Assembly (NCBI RefSeq): GCF_001194135.2
Contig: NC_068998.1
Coordinates: forward strand, 8,813,240-8,850,585
DNA: 37,346 bases
Source: Octopus bimaculoides
Taxonomy: Eukaryota
Direction of reading: 5' to 3'
Shown here: piece after piece, positions 24,448 to 36,385 of the stretch
Position numbering within the stretch: position 1 is the first letter of the stretch
Layout of the letters: every line of letters starts with the position of its first letter
Program-made: the position numbers and the translations under genes
Notes under the pieces: model-generated
Seen by the model: the letters and a program-made list of their open reading frames with translations, nothing else
What the model was told of the DNA's origin: nothing
Databases searched by the model: none

Positions 24448-24916
24448 GACACAAGGCCAGCGAGTTGAAGGAAGGTGTAAGTCGATCATACCAACCCCAG
24501 TGTTCAACTGGTACTCAGCTTATCGAACCTGAAAGGGACGAAAATCAATGTCGACCTAGACCAGGCCTGGCCAACTCGAATTACATTGCGGGCCACTTTA
24601 ATCACAGAAAGTCTTTTGAGGGCCGCTTGTATACTTTATGCACTAACAGCCAAATAATCAAATTATAGAATCACGAATTTTTCATACTTTTCGTTTGTTT
24701 AAAATTACTTTGAAACAAATGTTTTACACAAACAATATAATATTGAAATTAAACACAATACTTCAAGAAAATGTCTGCTGATCGCATACGACCCGCGGGC
24801 CTCAGGTTGGCCAGCCCTGACTTAAACAGAATTTTTGAAGTCTGTACATAAAGACAGACGAAATGTTGCTAAGCTGTTTGCCCGGCGTGCTAATAGATCT
24901 ACCTCGGCGCCGCCTT
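24448..24916 (-). mobile_element. SINE family A copy split by the hAT MITE
   Basis: The left part (24448-24561, ..aactggtactc..gtcgaccta) and right part (24820-24916, ..gacagacgaaatgttgctaagc..cccggcgtgctaa..cgccgcctt) are collinear halves of the family consensus. Confidence 0.8.
24562..24819. mobile_element. hAT/Charlie-type non-autonomous DNA transposon (MITE, 258 bp) inserted in a SINE
   Basis: TIRs CAGGCCTGGCCAAC (24562) and GTTGGCCAGCCCTG (ending 24819), a subterminal GCGGGCC/CCCGCGGGCC motif, and 8-bp flanks ACCTAGAC / ACTTAAAC (6/8 match) resembling the NTCTAGAN hAT target consensus. Confidence 0.85.
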
Positions 24917-25702
24917 CTAACACCNNNNNNNNNNNNNNNNNNNNNNNNNNNNNNNNNNNNNNNNNNNNNNNNNNNNNNNNNNNNNNNNNNNNNNNNNNNN
25001 NNNNNNNNNNNNNNNNNNNNNNNNNNNNNNNNNNNNNNNNNNNNNNNNNNNNNNNNNNNNNNNNNNNNNNNNNNNNNNNNNNNNNNNNNNNNNNNNNNNN
25101 NNNNNNNNNNNNNNNNNNNNNNNNNNNNNNNNNNNNNNNNNNNNNNNNNNNNNNNNNNNNNNNNNNNNNNNNNNNNNNNNNNNNNNNNNNNNNNNNNNNN
25201 NNNNNNNNNNNNNNNNNNNNNNNNNNNNNNNNNNNNNNNNNNNNNNNNNNNNNNNNNNNNNNNNNNNNNNNNNNNNNNNNNNNNNNNNNNNNNNNNNNNN
25301 NNNNNNNNNNNNNNNNNNNNNNNNNNNNNNNNNNNNNNNNNNNNNNNNNNNNNNNNNNNNNNNNNNNNNNNNNNNNNNNNNNNNNNNNNNNNNNNNNNNN
25401 NNNNNNNNNNNNNNNNNNNNNNNNNNNNNNNNNNNNNNNNNNNNNNNNNNNNNNNNNNNNNNNNNNNNNNNNNNNNNNNNNNNNNNNNNNNNNNNNNNNN
25501 NNNNNNNNNNNNNNNNNNNNNNNNNNNNNNNNNNNNNNNNNNNNNNNNNNNNNNNNNNNNNNNNNNNNNNNNNNNNNNNNNNNNNNNNNNNNNNNNNNNN
25601 NNNNNNNNNNNNNNNNNNNNNNNNNNNNNNNNNNNNNNNNNNNNNNNNNNNNNNNNNNNNNNNNNNNNNNNNNNNNNNNNNNNNNNNNNNNNNNNNNNNN
25701 NN

Positions 25703-25740
<38 letters not shown>

Positions 25741-25990
25741 TATACATATATATATCCACATATACACAAACACATACATACATAGATACATACATGTCAG
25801 TGCTTTCTAAATATTAAATCAGTGACACTTTGCTGCTATGATATGTGAATAAATTGTTGAATGGAACTTTCGCGTTGGCATTCATTAAATGGCGAAAGCT
25901 ACCTTCTCAAAAGATGACTTCTTAAATACTTATGAAGTTCATTCGTTGTATTTGTGTTCTCTCTGTCTGTTTGTTCTTTTCTTTCTTTAG

Positions 25991-26011
25991 CTGTTGAACG
26001 TTCCTTTTATG
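25991..26011 (+). CDS. Candidate 21-nt symmetric micro-exon
   Basis: ~40-nt polypyrimidine tract ..ttttctttctttAG|CTGTTGAACGTTCCTTTTATG|GTTAGC. Confidence 0.25.
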
Positions 26012-26028
26012 GTTAGCATTTCCACATG

Positions 26029-26063
<35 letters not shown>

Positions 26064-26126
26064 GCAGACATATACATATATACATATATTCTTACATACA
26101 CAGATACACAGGCACGCGTACATACA

Positions 26127-26211
<85 letters not shown>

Positions 26212-27092
26212 GTGTTTATTTATCTTACCGTCATTCTCTATGCCTATCTCGGTCTACATATCTATATGTGTGTATGTATATCTATATATATCTGTGTGTA
26301 TATGCATGTGTGTGTGTGTGTGAATGCGTCTATGCGGGAGCGTATGTGTATAAGTGCCAATTCATATATGTACATATGTATATGCGTGTGTGTATATATA
26401 TATATGTATGTATGTATTTATGTCTGTACATATACGTTTATATATTTACACACACACAATTACACACACACACACATATATATGTATGTGTCGGTGTATT
26501 CATGTATGTTTGTATGTATGAAAGTATATATGTATTACGTATCTATGTATATATGCATGTATGTATATACGCATATACGTTTGTATCTATGTATGCATGC
26601 ATACTTGCACTATGTATATACGTATGTATGTACGTATGTATAGGAAATCGAAAATGAGATTCAAATTTTCACTTTTTGCAAATATCTTTGGTTTCTCTCC
26701 AACAAAATGATATCTTCAAGCTTAACTATGAAAACTTAAGCTCTTTCTTTCATTTTATTTGATGTCACTAAGCATTCATTTAATCCGAACGTTCATTTAA
26801 TCACAAATCAGGGATATAAATGGTTGCCATCTTGATAAAGGAATTTTTATTATTTTACGATAAAAAATATTGTTCTTTATTTTTTGTTGAAATATTTTTG
26901 AATAAGGTAAGTAAAATCTTATATAATGAGATAAAAAGAAAACAGAAAAATAACTTATGATAAATACAAAACAGAAATATTCAAGCAAACCTTACAACAG
27001 AACTCTTATGAGTCACGTGACGTTAAGGTAACGTAAAATAATAATTTCTTGCGCGTGACATCTCAGTGTTTTTATTCTCTCTCTCTCTTTAT

Positions 27093-27145
<53 letters not shown>

Positions 27146-27196
27146 TCTATCTCTCTCTCTCTCTCTGCCTCTCTCTGCCTCTCTCTCTCTCTCTCC

Positions 27197-27227
<31 letters not shown>

Positions 27228-27680
27228 CCTCTCTCTTTCTCTCTCTCTCTCTCTCTGAAACACACTGTCATTCCTCTTTCTCATATATATGCACACTCGA
27301 GTAATATATGTCTGCACATGCAGAGATATACAAGCATATAATGCTTAGTACACACATGTGTGTGTGTGTGTGTGTATGTATCTATGTATATACGCATGTG
27401 TATATGTGTATGTATGTATGTATGTATGTATATATGTATACGCAAATGCTATATAATTATAGGGACCTGCGAAAGTTGAAGACGCACAGAACTGAATGAA
27501 ACTGTTTTAAATAATATATGTGTGTATGTATGTATGTATGTATGTATGTATGTATGTATGTATGTATATAAAGAAATATATATACATACACACACGCATA
27601 TCTATATATACTAATGCTTGCATACATACACATACATACACACATATATATAAATGTATTTCTCTTTCACCGTGTGCGGG

Positions 27681-27718
<38 letters not shown>

Positions 27719-27765
27719 GCGTATATATAGATGTACATATATATACGAATATATATATGTAGATC

Positions 27766-27797
<32 letters not shown>

Positions 27798-28254
27798 TAT
27801 ATATATTACATATATCATATGTGTGTGTTTGTATGCATGTATGTATGTATGTATGTATGTAAACAACATCACAGTTCAGTAACGTTTGTTCATAGAGAAA
27901 TGAATGTAGTTTGCAATATTTACAGTAACACCTAACATTAAAATATTAAAACAAAGTCCTGAAGTGAATGAGGAGCAAGGGAAGATCGTGAAGACCAGAG
28001 CTGATCTGTATAAGTGTCGCGGGGTGTGGGTAGTGGAGGGGGGGTTCGTGTTGTTTCTACTATCGCGTTAATCAGTGTGTGAAATAATATACGCGGTTGA
28101 AACAAGATTCAAAGATGTTTCAATAATTTACAGACCAAAGAACAAGTTAGTGGTTGAGAAGAGACAGCGGAGGGAACTCTGCGATAACAAGAGAAATTAT
28201 CCAGTAGAAAATCATTGAATTTGATGAGAGAGAGAGAGAGAGAAACAGAGAGAG

Positions 28255-28354
<100 letters not shown>

Positions 28355-28799
28355 TTAATATGAGAGTCCTGAAAGGACATGTTGAGTGTGCTGCACGGTT
28401 TAAACTAGCGGAAAGCCGAAGTGGTGGTTGTCTCAGAGTTGAGTGTCTGTATATATATAAAAGAGTCTGTTTGTATGTATTCGTGTCTCTATAGATACCT
28501 AAATACAAGTACTTACATACATACATACATACATACATACACGTATTCATATATACATATACATCATATGTATATTCTGTTATTCTTTTACACGTCTCAG
28601 CCCTTAGGCTGCGGCCATGCTAGAGTACTGTCAGTGTAATCACCTTTTCAATGGCTAATCTTATGTGATTGGCTTTTGGTGAAGGAGGGAAATCGACATT
28701 GCTGCCTTCTTTTGAGTCTCCTGCCTTGATATTGGTTTATCTGAGACTTTGGGTAGCAGGAGGTCAAGTTGTTTCACATACATACATACATACATACAT

Positions 28800-29241
28800 A
28801 GAACACCTACAATGCTAGAAATAAGAGCTAAAGTGCTCTTACGATGCAGTCAACACACACAGTTATATACATACATACTGACAGCGACCGTAAACGGCCG
28901 AAAGTGCCAGTCGGGATATCCCTGGACCGTCGACGGTTTCGGCTTTAGCCCAGAAGCACTTGCTAAGCAGGCTCGGCATAATTTGCCAGTTTCCGGACAA
29001 GATTGCCAGCAATATATATGTCTACTCCATAGAAATCTATGGATGATCTAGCGGATTGCTAATGTGTATACAGATAATTAAATTAGGCAGTTGTTTCGCA
29101 ATGTATCACCAAAAAGGAAAATTATAATTGTCATTAAATATGACAGAGGGTGTTAGAACACCTACAATGCTAGAAATAAGAGATAAAGTGCCCTGACGTT
29201 GCAGTCAACACTCACAGTTGTATATAGATACATACTGACAG
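28800..29241. repeat. 355-bp unit followed by an 87-bp partial second copy (direct repeats 28800-28884 and 29155-29241)
   Basis: agaacacctacaatgctagaaataagag(c/a)taaagtgc..tgcagtcaacac(a/t)cacagtt..atacatactgacag occurs twice, with ~9 differences. Confidence 0.9.
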
Positions 29242-29337
29242 TTGAACTCAAAACGCAAAGACGGGTGAAATACCGCTAAACATTTTGCCCGACACAGTAA
29301 CAATTCTGTCAGTTTACCGTCTTCTTCGCTACGTAGA

Positions 29338-29520
29338 TAATCCTATCTACTAGAGGCACAAGACCTGAAATATTAAGGGAGGGAACTCGTCGATTACATC
29401 GACCCAAGTACTAAACTATTTTATTGACCTCGAAAGTACATAAAGCAAAGTGGACCTCGGCGGATGTTGAACTCATAATGTAAAGACGGGCGAAATACTG
29501 CAAATGATTCGGCCAGTCTG
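29338..29520 (-). mobile_element. SINE family A copy, plus a partial head at ~29241-29320
   Basis: gattacatcgaccc..gacctcgaaag..aaagcaaagtggacctcggcgga..gaactcataatgtaaagacgggcgaaatac. Confidence 0.75.
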
Positions 29521-29987
29521 CAGCGTTCTCCGCTACGGTAATAATAGAAAGACAGTCCATCTCATTTGACAATTTTAGTTAAACATACGTCAAATTATTT
29601 GTTTTATTTTTTTGGAATTGTTGTAGCAATGGACTATTATCTGTTGTTACGTCAAAAGAAATATTTATATAAACATCTATAAACATTTCGACGGAATGTA
29701 TGACGTCAGACATTAAAACACTTTCATTCAATTATTATACAATCGGTGTAAATATTTTTGTCATCTGAATTTGGTTACTTTTTCACGTTTTTACTTTGTT
29801 CCAGTAAATGCACTACGGCCATGCTGGGGCGCACCCCGTTGAAGAGTTTTGCGTGTGGCGTCACAAAGGGTCATATGGACCTCGATGGAGAACCATTGCC
29901 CTAGAGTATTTAGTGGGGTGTTATAGACACAGGAGTAAACGTCACAAGCAACAGAGATGTCTAGTTTTTATTAGACTTAAATACAAG

Positions 29988-30448
29988 GGCAGACATGACT
30001 CTGTGGTTAAGACTCCCTTTTTAAAACCACTTGGCTTCGGGTTCAGTCCTACTGCTCGGTACCCTGGATAGATGTCTTCCACTATAGACCCGGGTCGGAA
30101 GAGGGAAACTGTATGGAAGTCCCTCGTCCGTATATGTGCGTGTGTGCATGTATATGTATGTGAGTGTGTGTGTGTGCGTGTGTGTTTTGTATATGTATGT
30201 GAGTCTTTGTGTCTGTGTTTGCACCGCCGGCCCCGACACCGCTTGACAGCCGGTGTTGGTTTGTTTGCGTCCACGTCACTCAGCGGTTCGGCAAATGAGA
30301 CCGATACAATAAGTGCTAGACTTAAAAAGCAAAAAAAAATGAATAAATAAAATAAAATAAAAAACACCGGAATTGATTTGTTCAACTAAAACCTTTCAAG
30401 ACGGTGCCCCAGCATGGTCGCAGTCCAGTGACTGAAACAAGTAAAAGG
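29988..30448 (+). mobile_element. SINE family B copy with an internal TG microsatellite
   Basis: ggcagacatgactctgtggttaag..gggttcagtcc..gtcttccactatagacc..cagcggttcggcaaatgagaccgata..ggtgccccagcatggtcgcagtc..gactgaaacaagtaaaag. Confidence 0.8.
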
Positions 30449-30726
30449 AAGGGATATATTGGATATTGTAAGCATATACGCAGAATCTCTAAAAGTACGG
30501 TGCGTTGGTCATGGTTGGACTGTATTCTTATTACAGAACCACAGCAGTAAGCCATGTGGCAAAACAACACTGTAGAGTTAGTTGCCTCACCAGCAAGAAA
30601 TAGTAGCCAAATTTCTTCCAAATCAAGTCTTACGCATCGTTTAAGGTAAGGGCACATTTAATAATGTAGTCCAAGGTGCGTTGTGTCTAAAAAAAAAAAA
30701 AAAGACGGAATCATAATGATAATAAT

Positions 30727-30917
30727 CCTTACTACTAAAAGCACAAGGCCTGAAATTTTGAGGGGGAGGTCTACTCGATTATATGCACTACAGTACTCAA
30801 CTGGTACTTATTTTATCGAGAACGATAGGATGAAAGGCTAAGTCCACCTTGGCGGAATCTGAACTGAGAACGTAAAGCCAGAAGAAATATCGCTTAGGAA
30901 TTTTGTCCGGTGAGCTG
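30727..30917 (-). mobile_element. SINE family A copy, truncated by an assembly gap
   Basis: gcacaaggcctgaaattttgaggggg..caactggtacttattttatcg..ggatgaaaggc..ggcggaatctgaactgagaacgta. Confidence 0.8.
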
Positions 30918-31129
30918 NNNNNNNNNNNNNNNNNNNNNNNNNNNNNNNNNNNNNNNNNNNNNNNNNNNNNNNNNNNNNNNNNNNNNNNNNNNNNNNNNNN
31001 NNNNNNNNNNNNNNNNNNNNNNNNNNNNNNNNNNNNNNNNNNNNNNNNNNNNNNNNNNNNNNNNNNNNNNNNNNNNNNNNNNNNNNNNNNNNNNNNNNNN
31101 NNNNNNNNGGTATTTATGTTGTCGACGTC

Positions 31130-31710
31130 TGAAAGGAAGGAAGGAAGGAAGGAAGGAAGGAAGGAAGGAAGGAAGGCATGTGTCTTTGATCATGGGCGGA
31201 CTCGATCAAGGTTGACCCGGACTGGAAGAAGAAAGAAGACGGAAGGGGAAGACGGAAGGGGAAGAAGAAGAAAAAGAAGAAGTAGGAGGAAAAGGAGGAG
31301 GGGGAGTAGGAGGAGGAGAAGAAAAAGAAGAAGAAGAAGAAGAAAGAAGAAGAAGAAGAAGAAGAAGAAGAAGAAGAAGAAAGAAGAAGAAGAAGAAGAA
31401 GAAGAGAGACAGGAGGTGGAGGAGGAGGAGAAAAGTGGGAGAAGAAGAAAAAGAAGAAGAAGAGGAAGAGAGGGAGGAAAAGAGGAACAGAGAAGCAGGA
31501 GGTGGACGAGATGGAAGAGGAGGATGAAGAGAACGAAAAGCAGAAGAAAAGGAGGAGGAGAAGAAGACGAGAAAGAGGACATGAAGAAAAAGAAGAAGAA
31601 GAAGAAGAAGAAGAAGAAGAACAACAACAACAACAACATGACCAACAGTAACAGCAGACGCACTGACAAGAATATCTATAGAAAACAACAACAACAACAA
31701 CAATAACCGC
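31130..31710. repeat. Purine-rich (GGAA)n/(GAA)n/(GAG)n/(CAA)n field; also (TAA)n+(GAA)n at 22961-23114
   Basis: Directly visible. Confidence 0.95.
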
Positions 31711-31983
31711 AACGAAGATGACGATGACGCTTGCAACCATGACGACGACAGAGTTTCTTGCGCCAAGGTATCACAAACAGCAACCCATCTACCTACTCCC
31801 ACACATACATACATCCATGCATGTGTGGGCGTGTATGTGCACATACGCATGCCTACATACATACACACTCAGACACACACACACACACGCACACATGTGC
31901 ACTTGCACACACTCGCGCACGCTCAGATATATTATACATATATATATGAATATATGTATGCATGTATATTTACATTATATATG

Positions 31984-32036
<53 letters not shown>

Positions 32037-32075
32037 ACGTACGTGTGTGTGTGCGTGTGCGTACGTGTGTGTGTA

Positions 32076-32124
<49 letters not shown>

Positions 32125-32134
32125 ATATATATAC

Positions 32135-32194
<60 letters not shown>

Positions 32195-32216
32195 ACAAAC
32201 ACACGTGTGGGTGTAA

Positions 32217-32248
<32 letters not shown>

Positions 32249-32586
32249 CTATATATGTGTGTGTATATATATATTATACATCCATCCATACATACATACA
32301 TACATACATGCATTCATACATACATACATTACATACATACATGCATTCATACATACATCGTAACGCCAACGATTTGTGCAGTGACGAAATTTAATGCAAT
32401 ATCCGTCATATTGGGAAGGTAGGTTACTTTAACAATATTCAAAAACAATACACAGCGGAATTTAGAAGGTCAGAAATACAAGGGGGAAAAAATACGATTA
32501 GCAAATGCGGCGAATTTCTAAAGTTCACTGGCATCATAGAATGGCACGTGAAGAGAATGGTAAATTGCGAAAAATTCAATATACGA

Positions 32587-32630
<44 letters not shown>

Positions 32631-32801
32631 TAATGTGAAAATGGAACTAAAATCTATGGCGTTGAATTGAAAATATTTCGAATTACTTTTTGTTCAGAGT
32701 CCGGAATATTCTGTGAAATATGTTATTAATGAAACGAATTTTATAGAGAATAATATAATACGAAGCAGCTGCAACGCCAGCAACAATAACAACTATAGTA
32801 A

Positions 32802-32838
<37 letters not shown>

Positions 32839-32990
32839 GGTTGCAATAACGACAAAAGCGCTTACGAAAGAGACTCAGTGGTAATGTTGAGGACCTCTCT
32901 GCATAGCCATTGACTCGTGGTTGGGTTGGTGCGTCAAACAACGACAACTGCAACGTTACGAAGTCGAATCAATAAATATGTTGAGTATCT

Positions 32991-33373
32991 CTCTTTGAGT
33001 CCTAGGCTCTTTGAGTCCTAGGCTCTTTGAGTCCTAGGTTCTTTGAGTCACTGACTCATGGCTGAGTTGACGGTTAAACAAAAACAATAATAACTACAAA
33101 AGCGGGTCAATGACTGCATAGAGTATTTTTCTTCGAATCAATAGCTCTATGAGTCATTGACTCATGGATGAGTTGGGGGTTAAGCAACAGCAATAATAAT
33201 TACTGAAGCGAGTCAATGACGACGTAGAGTATTTTCCTTCGAGTCAATAGCTCTGAGTCATTGACTCATGGCTGAGCCAGGGGTTAAGCAACAACAATGA
33301 TAATTACAAAAGCGAGTCAATGATGACGTAGAATATTTTCCTTCGAGTCGATAGCTCTATGACTCATGAGTCA
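32991..33373. repeat. 16-bp tandem repeat (x3.7) followed by three ~105-bp tandem units
   Basis: ctctttgagtcctagg at 32991, 33007 and 33023; units starting gagtca(c/t)tgactcatgg at 33045, 33151 and 33255. Confidence 0.9.
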
Positions 33374-33379
33374 CCGACC

Positions 33380-33627
33380 GAGAACAAGGAACATAAGATT
33401 TTACAATCCAATGTGCCACCCTAATCGAGGCTCGGAAACCAGATATTGCTGTGGTAGATAAAGGAAAACATAAGGAAACCAAGCTCATAGATATTGCAAT
33501 ACCTGGAGATGCATGCATAAGTGACATAGAACTAGAAAAGATTGAAAAGTACCGATTACCAAAAGACGAAATAGCAAGAGTGTGGACTATGAGGAGAGTT
33601 TTTGCCATTCCAGTAATTGTAGTAATT
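33380..33627 (+). mobile_element. R4/Dong-clade non-LTR retrotransposon RLE fragment, decayed
   Basis: Reads ENKEHKIL, then (after a shift) TIQCATLIEARKPDIAVVDKGKHKETKLIDIAIPGDACISDIELEKIEKYRLPKDEIARVWTMRRVFAIPVIV. Matches the R4-type motif WDFxIQ..ARKPDI.V.DK..IDIA.PGD..EKIEKY..EI.R.W..PV.V; the expected WDF is missing at ~33400. Confidence 0.85.
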
Positions 33628-33932
33628 AATTTTTTTTCTGGGAACCAAGCCCAGAGGATTGTAAGCAATGATGCTTTCTATCCCATTCTCCGCGCGCGGC
33701 CACAATACAACTGCATGCAACGCCCCCTCACTTCCTGTTATCACTCTTGAGCCTTGAATAAGCACACGAAACGAAACAGCAAGAAAACTGACTGAGCTGA
33801 ACTCACGGACCTTTGTTCCATCGGAGAGAAGAAAAGGTTTTTGGGAATTAACGAACTGTGCGCCAATTGTTCAACGATCATTCCTCGTCAACGCTATCAG
33901 CAATTGATTTGATTAATAACATCCTGTCTCAG

Positions 33933-33950
33933 ATCTGGCTCAAAGCCACG
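33933..33950 (+). CDS. Candidate 18-nt symmetric micro-exon
   Basis: gattaataacatcctgtctcAG|ATCTGGCTCAAAGCCACG|GTTAGT. Confidence 0.2.
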
Positions 33951-34039
33951 GTTAGTAGTGATAGCGGTGGTAGTGGTGGTAGTGGTGGTCGTCGTCGTCG
34001 TAGACGTCGGCGGCGGCGGCGGTGTCATTGTTGCGATGA

Positions 34040-34113
<74 letters not shown>

Positions 34114-34202
34114 ATGATGATGGAGGTGATGACGACGACGACGATGACGACGATGACGACGATAGTGGTGATGATGATGGAGATGATGATTATGATGATG
34201 GA

Positions 34203-34268
<66 letters not shown>

Positions 34269-34760
34269 GACGCTGTAGGTGGTGATGGTGCTGATAATGA
34301 TGATGGGATGAACCTGACATTTTTTTTTGTACTTTCTTACTAATTTTTATTTTTATTTTCGTCCTTTTTTTTCTCTTTTTCCCTTATCACTGAACTAAGC
34401 ACTTCACTTCTTGACCTGACCTGACCTGACCTGACCTGACCTGTACTTACTTTATCGATCACGGAACGGTGAAAAGAAATGAAAAGCAAGGTCGAAGTAT
34501 CACAGAATATATGAACACAATGTAAAAGAGATGTAATAAAATACTCCGAGGCGCTTCATCTCTTCCACTTCACTGGTAAACTCATCGCATCAGTTACTCC
34601 TTGTTACTCTTTCGCCAATTTTCTCATCTCGTTTGCTACTCATGCAAAGATGAATAATTACCATTTATCTTCAAAATATAATAAGTGGAATTGTCAATTA
34701 TTCTATTTTCGACTTAATCTTATGTACATCTTCCACCATTTCAGCGATTCTGCTTTGCAG

Positions 34761-34791
34761 CGACATCTATTGGTGGAATATTACAACAATG
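34761..34791 (+). CDS. Candidate 31-nt exon, open in all three frames
   Basis: attctgctttgcAG|CGACATCTATTGGTGGAATATTACAACAATG|GTAATT. Confidence 0.2.
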
Positions 34792-34801
34792 GTAATTCTT
34801 T

Positions 34802-34835
<34 letters not shown>

Positions 34836-34836
34836 C

Positions 34837-34874
<38 letters not shown>

Positions 34875-34914
34875 CTAGATAGATAGATAGATAGACATAC
34901 ATACAGATGTGACT

Positions 34915-35190
34915 TAATTGTTAGGGTGTTGCACTCACGATTGCGAGATTGCGGTTTCGATTCCCAGACCAGCGTTGCGGTGTGCTCCTGGACACTTCAA
35001 TTCACTTCATTTCACGTTGCTCGGGGATCATTTCATCACCTGATATGTGACACGTCATGCACCTGCACAATTAATGTTGATTTGATAGAGGAAATGCGTT
35101 TATGTGCACACAAACACTGGATCACTGTAAACAAACCATCTTCGTGGTTGTTCAACAGGAAATTGCAGAAGCCTCATACGTCGTATAACG
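34915..35190 (+). mobile_element. SINE family C-related copy
   Basis: gttagggtgttgcactcacgattgcgagattgcggtttcgattccc..cacttcatttcacgttgctc. Confidence 0.65.
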
Positions 35191-35851
35191 ACCGAAGATT
35201 TCATGTTATATACATATGTATATATATATANNNNNNNNNNNNNNNNNNNNNNNNNNNNNNNNNNNNNNNNNNNNNNNNNNNNNNNNNNNNNNNNNNNNNN
35301 NNNNNNNNNNNNNNNNNNNNNNNNNNNNNNNNNNNNNNNNNNNNNNNNNNNNNNNNNNNNNNNNNNNNNNNNNNNNNNNNNNNNNNNNNNNNNNNNNNNN
35401 NNNNNNNNNNNNNNNNNNNNNNNNNNNNNNNNNNNNNNNNNNNNNNNNNNNNNNNNNNNNNNNNNNNNNNNNNNNNNNNNNNNNNNNNNNNNNNNNNNNN
35501 NNNNNNNNNNNNNNNNNNNNNNNNNNNNNNNNNNNNNNNNNNNNNNNNNNNNNNNNNNNNNNNNNNNNNNNNNNNNNNNNNNNNNNNNNNNNNNNNNNNN
35601 NNNNNNNNNNNNNNNNNNNNNNNNNNNNNNNNNNNNNNNNNNNNNNNNNNNNNNNNNNNNNNNNNNNNNNNNNNNNNNNNNNNNNNNNNNNNNNNNNNNN
35701 NNNNNNNNNNNNNNNNNNNNNNNNNNNNNNNNNNNNNNNNNNNNNNNNNNNNNNNNNNNNNNNNNNNNNNNNNNNNNNNNNNNNNNNNNNNNNNNNNNNN
35801 NNNNNNNNNNNNNNNNNNNNNNNNNNNNNNNNNNNNNNNNNNNNNNNNNNN

Positions 35852-35887
<36 letters not shown>

Positions 35888-35892
<5 letters not shown>

Positions 35893-36035
35893 GAAGGGCT
35901 TCATTCAGTTTTCTTCTACCAAATCCACTAACAACGTTTTGGTTGGCTCCGAGTCTATATAAGAAGACATTTGCCGAAGGTGTTACTCTGTGTGAGCGAA
36001 CCAAGAGCCATGTGGTTGGGAATCAAGCCTAACCT
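35888..36035 (-). mobile_element. SINE family B 5' half; other partial copies at ~8340-8437(-), ~13640-13735(-), ~19360-19572(-)
   Basis: acgaagggcttcattcagttttcttctaccaaatccact..aagaagacatttgccgaaggtg..aaccaagagccatgtggttggg. Confidence 0.75.
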
Positions 36036-36322
36036 GTGCCTCTCAATCACAAATAAGATTTTTAAAAATAAGACAGTATGGCCACGATTGGACCTGTTTT
36101 CATCAGAGCTCACCGCAACACACGCTGTTCTGAATGAAATCTGTTAAATGTTGATATAAGAGAGGGAAATATTTTTAAACTGTTATGAAAGCTATATATT
36201 ACATAGATCAGATAGGAACATCTGAAAATAGTAACGAACTATCTTTTATCTGTCTGTAGTCGGCGGTTCGGTTTACACTTGCTTGTTTGTTTTTATGTAA
36301 CAAACACGTACAATATGTATCT

Positions 36323-36385
<63 letters not shown>

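Noticed and set aside
30903-31868. Arg/Lys/Glu-rich ORFs
   Set aside because: (GAA)n/(GAG)n low-complexity sequence partly spanning an N-gap.
33045-33373. CRISPR-like repeat-spacer appearance
   Set aside because: Whole units are homologous (no unique spacers), the context is eukaryotic and there are no cas genes.
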